A DNA stretch of 64,000 nucleotides, from assembly GCA_032718475.1 (NCBI GenBank), contig JAUCBJ010001381.1:1-64000 (forward strand), in the 5' to 3' direction. Below the pieces are notes generated by a model. It was not told where the DNA came from, made no database searches, and saw only the letters and a list, made by a program, of their open reading frames with translations. This document shows, one piece after another, positions 23,635-37,197 of this stretch. The position numbers were made by a program, and so were the translations under genes. Within the stretch, counting starts at the first letter, position 1. Every line of letters starts with the position of its first letter. Source of the stretch: Nemertoderma westbladi (lineage: Eukaryota; Animalia; Xenacoelomorpha).

Positions 23635-24816
23635 TGTTCGCGCTTTCAGACCTTTAGCAGTTTAACCTGCCAAATTGGATGTCTTTTAGATGATAGATAG
23701 TCTTTAGCCTATGACAAGTATTTGATACACTACATTAGCCGAAACCAGTCTATGCGCGATCATTCACCCGCTGGATATACCCGGGAGACTGGATTTGGAA
23801 GCCTAACCGTATTGCGGGGTAGGCCTACTGAATTATTCGACTGATCGTAATATATATAATCTCTGACAAATATTATTCACTTTCGGGAAATATTAACAGT
23901 TCCTTTAGGACGTGGCGCTTTAAGTATATAAACAGAGTTATGACTTAAACTAGACACAACGGGATGGCTATAGATTCACGTATATGGCGCATTCTTTAGG
24001 AGATGCTTCGTTATCAATCACGATCATACACAATATTGCACAATGTTGCACACCAATCTGCCGACCTTCACTAATTTTAGTCACATATAAGGAGAACAAC
24101 AGACAATACGTGTAGGGCCTATAAAATAGCATTAGATTCACTTCAAACCACTTAATGTAAGTCGCAATTGTTATATGTAACCGGTCTCTCTAACCTTTAG
24201 TATATCAAGAAGATTGGGGTGTCTGATTATTTATCAGTATTCCAAATATAATATTCCATCAACAAATATAATGAATAACCGACAGTAAAAGCAGTAAAAT
24301 GTTAAGGTATAAATTGATATGATCGATTGGGTTAGGTATGGTATGTTCGGTATGTTTGCATGTATGTATGATAACGGATATACGTTCTATAATTAAGCCT
24401 ACTAATGTTGGACTAAAGACTGAAACACGGAGGTTCCAAAGCCGGTGTTGTAGGCTGTGGACAAAATCACATACTGACTCAACTCCACGAGTTTCTATAT
24501 ACAATCTCTAACACAGAGGCAAAAAACGCTCTGATTGGTCGACCGAACAAAGAAGGAACAGAGAACAAAGAAAAGGTCCACGTATACAGCATCAGCTGTT
24601 AGCCGTCGTCATGGTAGCTACACTGTTTACAGAGGATTTGGCGCATTGCGTCATAAAATTGCTAATCATGTCCGCTAAAGTACACATACAGAAGAAATGG
24701 CTTTTATGTCCTCTAAAACAACAGTATAGTAAGGACACGGCCTTTTATACCTGTTAAACCAACTACAGAGTACTTTACGGGGAAAATAACCGGCTAATTA
24801 CGCAAAAGCCTTTACA
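23635..24816 (-). repeat. 5' LTR (1182 bp) of the exonuclease-bearing element
   Basis: Direct repeat of 10139-11321. Minus strand carries TGACGCAA, CAGCTG, CCAATCAG and a TATA-like TATATAG in the putative U3. Confidence 0.95.
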
Positions 24817-24829
24817 GGGGGGCACCTAG

Positions 24830-27800
24830 GTATTAATCCATATAGCTCGGTATTGCTCCGTATAACTCGGTATTGATCTGTATAGCTCGGTATTTCTCCG
24901 TATAGGTTAGTATAGATTGGTATAGCTCGGTATAGCTCCTTATAACTCGGTATAGGTTGGTATAGCTCGGTATAGGTTGGTATAGCTCAGTATTGCTCCG
25001 TATAACTCTGTATTGCTCCATATAGCCCGGTATTGCTCCGTATAGCTCGGTATAAGCTCGGCATTCACTCCGTACAACTCGGTATTGCTCCATATAGCTC
25101 GGTATTGCTCCTTATAGCTCGGTATTGCTCTGTATAACTCTGATTGCTCCATATAGGTCGGTATTGCTCCGTATAGCTCGGTATAAGCTCGGTATTCACT
25201 CTGTATAACTCGGTATTGCTCCGTATAGCTCTGTATTGCTCCGTATAGGTCGGTATAGATTGGTATAGCTCGGTATAGGTTGGTATTCACTCCGTATAAC
25301 TTGGTATTGCTCCGTATAGCTCGGTATTTCTCCGTATAGGTTGGTATAGATTGGTATAGCTCGGTATAGCTCCGTATAACTCGGTATAGGTTGGTATAGC
25401 TCGGTATAGGTTGGTATAGCTCAGTATTGCTCCGTATAACTCTGTATTGCTCCGTATAGCCCGGTATTGCTCCGTATAGCTCGGTATAAGCTCGGCATTC
25501 ACTCCGTACAACTCGGTATTGCTCCATATAGCTCGGTATTGCTCCTTATAGCTCGGTATTGCTCTGTATAACTCTGATTGCTCCATATAGCTCGGTATTG
25601 CTCCGTAAGGCTCGGTATAAGCTCGGTATTCACTCCGTATAGCTCGGTATTGCTCCTTATAGCTCGGTATTGCTCTGTATAACTCTGATTGCTCCATATA
25701 GCTCGGTATTGCTCCGTATAGCTCGGTATAAGCTCGGTATTCACTCCGTATAACTCGGTATTGCTCCGTATAGCTCGGTATTGCTCCGTATAGGTCGGTA
25801 TCGATTGGTATAGCTCGGTATAGCTCCGTATAGCTCGGTATAGGGTGGTATAGCTCGGTATAGGTTGGTATAGCTCAGTATTGCTCCGTATAGCTCGGTA
25901 TCGCTCTGTATATCTCGGTATTGCTCCATATAGCTCGGTATTACTTCGTATAGTTCGGTATTGGGCAATTCCACCATTGATGTAACACTTACGTCGAAAA
26001 TAAAAAGTCATCTAATCAGCATAATTTTGGCATCAAAATGACGAGAAAGAATGAAATTTTCAATAAAAGTGACGGATTTTTAATATTTTTGAGGGTAACA
26101 ACTGGTTTTTCATTATTCAATATGAGGAAATTTTTTAACGTATTTTCAAATTTGTAGAAATTAATCCATGTCATTTTATAACATAATCTTACTACCATTG
26201 AAATTGTCGGAATAAGTAAGATAAATAAGAAAGGTAAATACACCAACCGAAAATTAGACATTTATTAGAAGCTATTGATAATAAAGATTAGAATATTGAC
26301 AGTATAGCATTGCATAATCAAAATTTTAAAAAAATTAGATTTGGCCTACATAATTATGTGAGTCCGTCACGAAAAGTACTTAAAGTTTTAATTTGGAGTA
26401 CACCACCCCGCATGTATATTGCACTGACAATCATTTTCCTTTGGGTTTACAGCCAATCCGATCCTTCCATTATGTCTGTGTGTTCTGTATTGCCGATGAA
26501 ATGTGTAATAGCAGCTTTACGGACTCACATATTTTTCGTTACGGACTCACCATATGGAAGGTTAGGTATGAATCATTCTGCTTTGTAAACATTATTCACT
26601 ATGTAAACTGAAAGTATTTACCTCGATTGTGCCCATCGACTCGACAGTCTGTCATATGGACTATCAAACGTATTCATACATTACCTGTAATGTGTTACTG
26701 TTGACACTGACCGACATTCTGCTTTGTGACTGTTAATAATGGTTAAAACTCCCCTCTGTGGGGCCGAGAGGGCCAAACGTCATCGACCACCAGAAGGGCT
26801 GTCGTTTCTAAGAACGCTGTAGTTCAGTGCGCCAGTGATATGGTGAATACAGTGAAATAAACGCTAAATAAGGTTAAAATAGTTAAAGTCAATAAATCAG
26901 AAATCGAAAGAATATCTTTGGAAATTAGTCTCCAACTTGTCTGGGAGAAAGAAAACTCAGCCTATTCATGGAATTTTGAACATCCATCAATGCAAATTGG
27001 ACAACCCGTCCAATTTGAAACCAGTTATTGTCACAAAGATGTTCAGCAATGATAAGCTCGAAGTTCGACACGACTTCCATGGATTGAATGAGCAAGGGAT
27101 GGATTGTGATAGTGACAATGAACCAACAACCCTTAATATATATGTCAACGCAATGTGATTGGTTGTATTTGACTTTGTTTGTGTGATTTCGGATAGAAAA
27201 CATTATCCTGGGCAGATAACGGCCACGATGGAAGATAGTGCCGATGTACGGCGAATGTTACCCAGCGGGAATGCATGGAAGTGGCCAGTGCAACTGATTA
27301 TTGTAAATCATAAATACAATGAAATATTGTTCAAAATTGATATTCCGAGCCAAAAAACTTCCCGTGATCGTGGTATTTATATTGTTAAAGTACTGGAAAT
27401 TGGTCACTTTGACTTCTTTGTAATATAAATCTATAGGATAGACTATGACAATATACACCAATTTACTCAATCGCATACATACATCAAATACATAAAGTAT
27501 TTTTTTTCATCAACTATTTAGAAACATAACTACCGTGAGTGATTTAAAGTACATTTTTAAATGTATATGATTTAAGCCATACGCTATTAAATCTATGTTA
27601 TGAATTTAATAAATGAACACCACAAACATTCACGATTCAGGTGAAATTCGTTTTCTAAAAAATAAAAGTCCATAACGATTTAAGTGTGAGTCCGTAACAT
27701 TTTTTTCTGTGAGTCCGTAACGAACAATTGACCCTAAAAATGTGGTTTAGCACCACATATTTCTGGTACTAATTTAAAAATTTAAAAATTTGATGTATCT

Positions 27801-28125
27801 ACTTTGCATTGTGAAAGTTATAACGTATGGCGTTAAATATTTCAAGAGAATTTGTCAAAATAAAATTGGGTGATTTTTCTTTGTCCATTTGCATGTGAGT
27901 CCGTAACGGGCACTATATTTAAAACATCCTATGAATCAAATGAGATACAACTCTTTTTGATCAAGTCAAAGTAAAGATGTACCATTAATCCATCAGCCAC
28001 CATAGGTAAATGTTATTTATATTGTAAAGTTACTAATTAAATATGCCAATTAATTTGGAAAATTGCGTACGAATGTGAGTCCGTAACGATGAAATTGCCC
28101 TATTGCTCCATATAGCTCCATATAC
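24830..28125. repeat. Second array of the 10-bp satellite, interrupted by a DNA transposon
   Basis: Same GTATAGCTCG/GTATTGCTCC units at 24830-25962, resuming at 28101-28125. Confidence 0.9.
25963..28100 (+). mobile_element. Internally deleted Sola2-like DNA transposon
   Basis: TIRs GGGCAATTCCACCATT / GGGCAATTTCATCGTT. 4-bp TSD TATT. About 7 subterminal GTGAGTCCGT(A/C)A motifs. Remnant transposase C-terminus (DFVCVISDRKHYPGQI...MLPSGNAWKWP) at 26900-27428. Confidence 0.75.
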
Positions 28126-30199
28126 CTTTTAGTGTGTACCCTGCTTGCCGACCTCATGGTCGGGAGTCAACTCGGCTGGATAAAAAGCGCCCTAATAACC
28201 TCTTTCCGATCCCTCTTTCCATTCCTTATATGATTTCAACGTCAAACCAAAATATAGCCCATTAACCAAAATCCCAAGGCAGGCAGGGGTCGGAGATTTG
28301 AATGGAATTTTCACCCATTGTTGATACTATAGCATATAGCTTGATTTCATTGGTGATGCCCTATTTGCAAAAATCTGTTAAGCACTTTATTTCGGATGGT
28401 GTCTAAAATTTATCTGATTAGTTTTTTATTAGTCTTAGTTTTTATTAATTGTGATTGATTCTATCCATTGGATTTTCGTATTTAAATTAGTAAACTACTG
28501 TAATTATCAGAACCAGGCATTAAGTTTTGAAAATCCTCTGAAAATTTGACATGTTTGAAGAATACCAATTTTGTAATATTGAGCTTTCAATTTTAATTAT
28601 TATTTATAAATTAATGAAATAAAAATTATCTGAAAAAATAATGGAAAATGACTAATAATAAATTGCTAAAGTACTAATAAGTATTAAAGAGCTAGTAATT
28701 TTAATTTTGTGTTAGCTAGTACTTTTTATTAAAATTATCATACAGTATTATCCCATAGCGTACTCTATTAATACACCATGTCCCAGAATATAGTGTCGTA
28801 ATTCAGTGACACGCCCCCCCCCCCCCCCCCCCTTATTTTTCTACAAATCTTAATGAGATTGCATGAAATTTGAAACAGAGATAGTTCCACCTCCCGACCA
28901 CTGACTGGGTGATCCAGAATTTTTATTTTTGCTTTCAATCTTTAGCTACAAGCGTTTAAAAAATTGTCTCCAGCGATATTACACCAGTTTCACCGCAGTT
29001 ATTATTCTAGCTTATAGCTGTTTGTTGGTACCAATGGAAAGCTGGCCCTGCTAGGATTTCAAATATGTAAGTAACACAATTTGAATTTCGTTGGAAAATA
29101 GCTGAGATATGGGCGTTCAAATGTTGCATGGTTATGCACCTGCGCGAGGCTATTATATTCTATTTAATAAATGCATCATAATCTGGAATATTTTGTTTAT
29201 CCAAATACGTAGCTGGGCAACAATGCATTACATCTTTAATCATACTATTAAGTAGCTATTCATACATTTAAAAAATGTTCCAGAATATGGTTTATTTATT
29301 AATAGAATAAAACGTCACCTTCAAGGCAGATCCGCCTAAGTCGATTTTTGCGGTTTTTTTGTTGAAAATTCGCACTTATGGTGTTTTGCCAAAACAAGGA
29401 GAACACCGTTTTCTGGTATTATCCCGTAACTATACGATAGTTGCGGGGTATTGCCTAGAAAACAAGGCATCCTCAATTAGGCAAAACACCATAAGTCCGA
29501 ATTTTTACAAAAAACACGCAAAATATATCAAATTATATCCAAGGCGTTTCGTACGTCCTTAATAATTTAGTGCGTAGTGCGCACGTAATACATGTGCGCA
29601 TTTGTTATTAGCTAATACGTGCTATCTAACATGTGTTAACTAGCACATGAGCAGGTGTTAGTATTACCTGTGAACGCAATAATAACAAATAAGCACATAC
29701 AATACAGCTAACACACTTGCGCACATGTTGGAAATTTTTGAATTCAAAATTCTAAAGTGTTCCATAAGTTTTTTGGATATTTTGGTATTAATTGCTTCTA
29801 AAATAAGTACGGGACTGTAGTTAGAATCATGTATCAATACAAATTGAACAAAATGTAGCCAAATGCAGAACTATAAGAACAAAATTTAGATTCAAGAAAG
29901 CGGAACTCTAAGTACAAAATATAGCCATGGGTGGTACTCTACAGTAAGAACAAAGTCTAGCTACGTCATGACGAATAATTAAAGACTGTTTTTTCTACAG
30001 TACGTGCCAACATTTTGGGGCAACTCTATCAGCAACTTGGTGAGCATGTCAGGTTGCCGATCAAGTTGATCTATGTAAACGCGAAGTTTGTTGCTGTATA
30101 AGATGCCTCATATAACGGAGACTAAAAGTTAATGGTTACTCAAATTAAGTTGCTTGTTGCTGACCAAGTTATCCAAAACGTCCGGAACCCCATAGCGAC

Positions 30200-30735
30200 T
30201 TGGACACAAACATTAAATGAAGGCCAGATATTTATCAGCGCCACAAGCATTAATGTGTGACAAACATTAATCAGGGGGACAAACATTAATCAGGAGGACA
30301 AACATTAATGTGGGACACAAACATTAATGAGGGACACAAACATTAATGAGGGACACAAACATTAATGAGGGACACACACATTAATGAGGTACACAAACAT
30401 TAATGAGGGACACACACATTAATGAGGTACACAAACATTAATGAGGTACACAAACATTAATGAGGGACACAAACATTAATGAGGGACACAAACATTAATG
30501 AGGTACACAAACATTAATAAGGGACACAAACATTAATGAGGTACACAAACATTAATGAGGGACACAAACATTAATGAGGGACACAAACATTAATGAGGTA
30601 CACAAACATTAATAAGGGACACAAACATTAATGAGGTACACAAACATTAATGAGGGACACAAACATTAATGAGGGACACAAACATTAAACGAGGGACAGA
30701 TATCCATCAAGGGCACAAACATTAATAAAGGGCAC
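30200..30735 (+). repeat. 19-bp minisatellite (GAGGGACACAAACATTAAT)n
   Basis: More than 20 tandem copies. Confidence 0.95.
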
Positions 30736-31329
30736 CATCATTGCATTCCATTCATGTTATCCCCCATGGCACTTAGTATGATTCCTGTTATCACCCATAC
30801 ACATACAATATATTACAGTATTACCTACAATTCTCATTACTGTCAAGCAATACAATAATAACAATAAATAATAACATATTAATTTGACCAATAATCTATG
30901 TTATTACCAATTGAGGGAAAGGATCAGGTTAAAGAGATGGTTTTTCTAACCAAAACAATAAACGACGTTGTTACAGTACTAATAAGGGAAGGAGTAAAAA
31001 AATAATTAACATGAAGGGGAGACTGGAATGGGGGGGGGGGGGTAACATGAATGGTGGGGGTAGGAGGTAAACTGAAAATATGGGGGTATAACAGACGGGG
31101 GGGGGGGGGGGTAGCAGCAAAACAGGCAGCTGAACAACGTAACCAAACGTCGCTTTCAATTAATTTCCATCTAATTAGGTAGATGGAATGTATACAAAGC
31201 GGCGCTACTTTGATCGAAGCTCACGTTCCCATGGTAGTATTTTTTCAGTATCAGTTTATCACTTATTATCTGATCGTCTGATGGCAAGCATCACCATCGC
31301 TCATATTAATATCCATTGGCAAGCATTCA

Positions 31330-31850
31330 CCCCTGTTTGTGCCCCTGATTAATGTGTGTCCCGCATCAATGTTTATGTCCCTCATTAATGATTGTATCCC
31401 TCATTAATGTTTGTGTCCCTCGTTAATGTTTGTGTCCCTTATTAATGTGTGTCCCTCATTAATGTTTGTGTCCCTCGTTAATGTCTGTGTCCATCATTAA
31501 TGTGTGTCCCTCATTAATGTTTGTGCCCCTTATTAATGTGTGTCCCTCATTAATGTGTGTCCCTCATTAATGTTTGTGTCCCTCGTTAATGTTTGTGTCC
31601 ATCATTAATGTGTGTCCCTCATTAATGTTTGTGATAATTGATGATTGTGACCCTGATTAATATCTGTGCCCCTTATTAATGCATGTGCCCTTGATTAATA
31701 TGTGTCCTAATTAATGTTTTTGTCCCTTATTAATGTTTGTACCACTTAATGTGTGTCCCTGATTAATGTTTGTGTCCCTGATAAATATTTGTATCCCAGA
31801 TTATACAGCATAAATAAATGTTTGTGTTCCCTCAATAATGTTTGTGTCAT
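31330..31850 (-). repeat. Same 19-bp minisatellite in inverted orientation, more degenerate
   Basis: (ATTAATGTTTGTGTCCCTC)n. Confidence 0.95.
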
Positions 31851-32941
31851 GGCCGCAATACAAACTAGTATATAAATGAGAAATTACGGGGTTTTGCCAG
31901 GTTATTGTTTCTGATTTAAGGGGTTTTACAGGTTGTTATTTCTGATTTAAGGGGTTTTGCCAGGTGGACTGAATTCCATATACTTGAATTTACGGTGTTT
32001 TGCAAGCCAATTATTGACTTGTGTGGTTCTGCCTCGAAGTGGGCATAAGTTACGGGGAACTGCCTTTGGCTTATAACTCAAAAATGGCTGGTAGAAAAGC
32101 TTCGGGGTTCTGCCAGACGAAAAAGCCGATATCGAATTACCCAAAAAGTCAAAAACATGAAAATCGAAAAAAATCGACTTAGGGGGTTCTGCCTTGAAGG
32201 TGACGAAAATAGCCTCGCGTCGTTGCAAAACCAAGCAAGATTTGAACGCTCATATCTCAGCTATTTTTCAACGAAATTCAAATTGTGTTACATATTTGGA
32301 ATCCTTGCAGGGCCAAACAGCTATAAGGTAGAAGAATAACTGCGGTGTAACTGGTATAATATCGCTGGAGACACTTTTTTTAAACGCATGTAGCTAAAGA
32401 TTGAAAGCAAAAATCGAATTCTTGCTCACCCAGTCAGTGGTCGGGAGATGAAACTATCTCTGTTTCAAATTTCATGCAATCTCATTACGATTTGTAAAAA
32501 AATTAGGGGGGGGGGGTGTAGGCGTGTCACTGAAATACGGAAAAAATGTTCTAGAACAAATAAAGTGTTCTAGAACCTTAATTTGATAGCTAACATTGTT
32601 TTAATTCATGATTGTATTGTAAGGAATTAAATTGAAAGTTTAATTGTTTATAAAAAACACTCCAGTTACAGAAAACTCCAATTTCTAGAATATGTAATAA
32701 CGCAAAGATTTATTAATTGGAATTGTAAGAAAAGTTTACAATTGGTTTAGGAAAATAGTAATAATTATGTAACTTTCTTATCTAGTCATTTACATTCAAA
32801 TGAATTAGCAAGTTTATGAATGAAATCAAATCATAATTATACTAATGAAACGAACAAATCTATTACCAGCTCTACCATAGTACTGGTACAATATATACCT
32901 ACGTTATCTGAGAGTACTGTTGGCCTGCAATAATAGTCAAA

Positions 32942-35705
32942 ATGAAAACACTTGCAAAGTTTTATTTTTCACAAAAGGTGTACACCTCATGTGGACAAGA
33001 TGATTCTAGCATAAGTAAGCAAGAACGAAAGAGGTTGCAATCTCTGAAACATCCAAACATAGAGGATCAATTTATAAGTTACGACCCATCAGATCCTTTC
33101 AATATGGATTTTTATGAATACGATAACATTGCAATGACAATGGAAAAACGTACTGAGAAAGAAACTATAACAGAATCAACTTACAATGTAAATGTAAAAC
33201 TGGGTCATAAAGTGTGTAATGAGGATCATAATGGTCGAACACACAATGATGATTTCTTCTACTATCGAATCCAGTTACAATCGGAGAAAGATAAATTTGG
33301 AAGAAATTTTGGTACTCGGCAATCTCATGAAGAAATAACCGTAATACCAATAGGTTTCAAGGTGAAAAAACCAAATGTGGAAGTTCTCGCTTATAACGAG
33401 AGAAATAAGAAGGAAAAAATAAAATTTGTGTTTTATTTTAATAAAAATGAAAAAACAGTTAATAACGCGTACGATCTAATAGTTAACGACCTAATGGGCG
33501 TGACGGATGCTGCAGAGTGGCAATTCTCAAATAAGAGTTCGCAAGGAGAATACAATAAAGTTGGTATGAAAAATTCTGATAATCTTAGGCCTAATGATAC
33601 CGAGTTTAAGTTTAAGCTTGAGTGCATGTACAAAGGAGAACAGCCAAAAAATTACTCACGACTTATGAAACTATTTAAAGGAACTTCTTGCATTCCGTAC
33701 AAAGATGTAGAACATCACAAAGTTCCCATTCCTAATCTCCTCAAGGCTGCAGTAATCTGGGTCGAAACGTTTGGCTTCGGTAATAATGACCTGTATGCGT
33801 ATGGAGATCCTAACATGATTGATTGTTTAAAAGTAAAAGACAAGTTTCTCGAAAACCTTGAAAAAAAGAACAAACTTCCCCTTGGAAATAAAGCAGTCGA
33901 TGCACGTTATCGACACATGGTTTGTAACATAGTAGTTGGATGTTTTCGAGATCACATTAGTGATGGTCACAAATGCTGTAATGCAGATGGCATTATTGAT
34001 CTGACAAACATGACGTGCAAATTATTCATGAATCACATTTGTAAAGCAATTAATCGTAATTCGTATGCCTCTGAAATAAGTGATGACAACTCTAACAAGT
34101 TGAGGGATCACATCAGAATGCGGTTTCCTGAGTTTGAGGGGTGCCACTTATCTACTGATACCCGGCCAATGCATTTGATAACACAGCATACACGATCCCA
34201 CGCAGTTGCGAGATCAAGGCAAGACCCTGGGAGATTTGGAAGGGCCAATTTTAATGGTCTCCCTCCAGTACACTGCCTGGACACAAGAACAGCGCCAGAA
34301 AGTAGATTGGAAAGGGTCAATTCTAATGAAGTCCATCAACGACAATACGTGGGCGTGAGAACAGCGCCAGAGAGGATATTGGAAAGGGTAAATTCTAATG
34401 AAGTCCATCAACGACAATACGTGGGCGTGAGAACAGCGCCAGAGAGGATATTGGAAAGGGTAAATTCTAATGAAGTCCATCAACGACAATATGTGGATGC
34501 GAGAACAGTACCAGAGAAGATATTGGAAAGGGTCAATTCTAATGAAGTCCATCAACGACAATATGTGGATGCGAGAACAGTACCAGAGAAGATATTGGAA
34601 AGGGTCAATTCTAATGATGAAGTCCATCAACGACAATACGTGGGCGTGAGAACAGCGCCAGAGAGGATATTGGAAAGGGTCAATTCTAATGAAGTCCATC
34701 AACGACAATACATGGATGCGAGAACAGTACCAGAGAAGATATTGGAAAGGGTCAATTCTAATGAAGTCCATCAACGACAATACGTGGGCGCAAGAACAGC
34801 GCCAGAAAGGATATTGGAAAGGGTCAATTCTAATGATGAAGTCCATCAACAACAATACGTGGGCGTGAGAACAGCGCCAGAGAGGATATTGGAAAGGGTC
34901 AATTCTAATGAAGTCCATCAGCAACAATATGTGGATGCGAGAACAGTACCAGAGAAGATATTGGAAAGGGTCAATTCTAATGATGAAGTCCATCAACAAC
35001 AATACGTGGGCGTGAGAACAGCGCCAGAGAGGATATTGGAAAGGGTCAATTCTAATAAAGTCCATCAGCAACAATATGTGGATGCGAGAACAGTACCAGA
35101 GAAGATATTGGAAAGGATCAATTCTAATGAAGTCCATCAACGACAATACGTGGGCGCAAGAACAGCGCCAGAAAGGATATTGGAAAGGGTCAATTCTAAT
35201 GATGAAGTCCATCAACAACAATATGTGGGCAGTGAGAGCAGCGCCAGAGAGGATATTGGAAAGGGTAAATTCTAATGAAGTCCTTCAGCGACAATACATG
35301 GACGCGAGAACAGTACCAGAGAAGATATTGGAAAGGGTCAATTCTAATGAAATTCCTCCAGGATTCTTTGATACGAATATACTATATCAAGCCAATAACA
35401 ACCGAGCTAGACTTTACGAGATATTTATATCACAAAGGGCAAATGATTTCAACTACAATCCTAATATGTCTGACATCACTTTTGAACAGTGGTTACGAGA
35501 AACAAATTTCAGAGAGGTTATACGATCAGAAACGAATCAGCAGGGAGTCAGCAGGGTAATGGTCAATTCTGACAAAGCCCATGGAGGTGAAGAGATTGAG
35601 TATAGCGTCATTGATCCAGTTAGCACAGCGCTATTGCACAATGACATGAAGGAATCGGATGTGGATGACTCGGGTACTGTTGAATATGCAAGCTTATCAC
35701 TTTAG
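32942..35705 (+). CDS. Intronless unknown protein (~920 aa) with ~15 tandem 24/25-aa repeats; one frameshift at ~35231
   Basis: CAAAATG start. The 777-aa ORF joins the 209-aa ORF once one extra A in a repeat unit (GGC-A-GTG) is removed. Unit RTAPERILERVNSN(D)EVHQRQYVGV. Confidence 0.65.
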
Positions 35706-36085
35706 GTTTTATAGATTATCAGTTTATCAATTACGCTGTACACGAAATGTTTGCATTGAAAGTATTTGTTTATGCAATATTATTGTCCTCTTATATTATA
35801 TATTATAGAAAATGCTATTATAATCAATGATTTGATATGATCAATGATATGGATTCTTCCACATTTAATTCAAAATTATTTGTTACTTTTAGTTAACCTA
35901 ACACCCAGACAATGTAAAACTGGCACAAAACAAAAACCAAGTTTACTAATAAAAAAACATAAAAAGAGAAAGAGAAAATGTTTATTTATCAAAATTAATT
36001 GAGCTAAACTGCAAGGCACAGTAACCGAAGAAAATTCCTCTAGCAAAAGGGAAATAAAATATATATAAGATAAAATGGTTGGAAG

Positions 36086-36850
36086 CTACAGTACTCCTTG
36101 GATGAAGGGGGGGGGGGGGGGGGGGGACTGTGGCTGTGCGGCGTTCCCAAGCCACATACAGACAGCCAGGTGTTGGAAGAGATGCCAGATTGTATCACCG
36201 GGGGGAAGCCCTCGGCGGAGTTCTAACAGCCGCCCAATCTCCCGGATCAATTGCGCCGACTGCACTTCCCACCCTCCAAGAGCTTCTACTACAAGTGGGA
36301 TGAACACCACCCCTGAAAAACGGAGGTCTGCAGAGTGCTCTGTCAGCTTGTTGTCCCTTGCCACAGTATGGGCGTGGCTGGGGTGCAATGCAGAACACTG
36401 GATGGTCAGAGACTGCAGGGCCATTGGCTGCCCTCTATGCCAGTATGGTATGTATACGTCAGCTGGGCAACTGTGTGAGCCGGCAACTTTCCACCAGGGC
36501 ACGAGAGCAACTGATTGTGCTGCGGAGAAAATGGCATCCCTGAGAGCGTCATGGTGGCTGATGCGGTCACCACCACCACCACACTTAACATTATGGTCCT
36601 AAAAGTTGTTGTACACTAACCCGCAAACTGGGCAGAGGGTCGGTCCCTACTCAGTACTGAAGGCATGACTGGTACTCCCTATCCAGTAGGTGTAGGCCGA
36701 GAGGAATGGATGGGATCACCTGCAGCCCGTCAACGGGATGTGGTAAGGATGTAGAATTAGAGATCAATGGAACGGGTGCCTGGGACAGTGGAGTGGAGTG
36801 TTAGAGGTATATTGTATAGGCCATGCCTTACAGGTGGAGGTCGGTATGCA
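36086..36850 (-). pseudogene. 3' fragment of a CRE-clade (restriction-like endonuclease) non-LTR retrotransposon
   Basis: CPVC..HNVKC, RISHHDALRDAIF, PADV, FIPLVVEALGGW, QHLAVCMWLGNA motifs. Contains stops. Confidence 0.8.
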
Positions 36851-37027
36851 GCTCTCAGTATGTACATATATTATATTATTAGTATTATATGTATTAGTAT
36901 TATATATATAGTATATATTATATTAGTATATATATATATAGTATTAGTATTATTAGTTATTTGGTATTATATTTGTGTGTATTAAAGTAAAGTGTCAGGC
37001 TTGTACTGTATAAACGTGTATTTAACA

Positions 37028-37043
37028 TGGTAGCAGAGCGTGG
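37028..37043 (+). promoter_or_regulatory. tRNA-iMet primer-binding site after an LTR remnant
   Basis: ...AACA|TGGTAGCAGAGCGTGG is complementary to the 3' end of initiator tRNA-Met. No internal region follows. Confidence 0.65.
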
Positions 37044-37197
37044 CTGTACTGGCACCAAACAGCTTTAGGCCTATTGAAAACTTATTTTAATATATAAATA
37101 TTGGTGTGGCAAAGACAGAGATCAACTACTATGGCGTCTCTAAAGGGTCAAAATATAAATGAATAAAAACCTCTATGAAACAAGAAAAATGCCTCCA

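Larger units (their letters stand above)
10139..24816 (-). mobile_element. Non-autonomous BEL/Pao-derived LTR retrotransposon: gag-protease plus exonuclease/zinc-knuckle region, no RT/RH/IN
   Basis: Two TG...CA LTRs. 5-bp TSD GGGGG (10134-10138, 24817-24821). Short PPT-like TGGGAGCGG next to the 3' LTR on the minus strand. BEL gag and protease motifs. Confidence 0.9.
29313..32205. mobile_element. Non-autonomous TIR element (Sola1-like) carrying two inverted minisatellite arrays
   Basis: ~35-bp TIRs CGTCACCTTCAAGGCAGA..CCTAAGTCGATTTTT. 4-bp TSD AAAA (29309-29312, 32206-32209). No transposase ORF. Confidence 0.75.
28774..32540. mobile_element. Tc1/mariner-type MITE with ~350-bp imperfect inverted arms, split by a second element
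   Basis: Left end TA|CACCATGTCCCAGAA. 28797-29155 is the reverse complement of 32206-32539. Right terminus degenerate. Confidence 0.7.

Noticed and set aside
30200-31850. CRISPR-like regular repeats
   Set aside because: There are no unique spacers or cas genes. It is a plain minisatellite in eukaryotic DNA.
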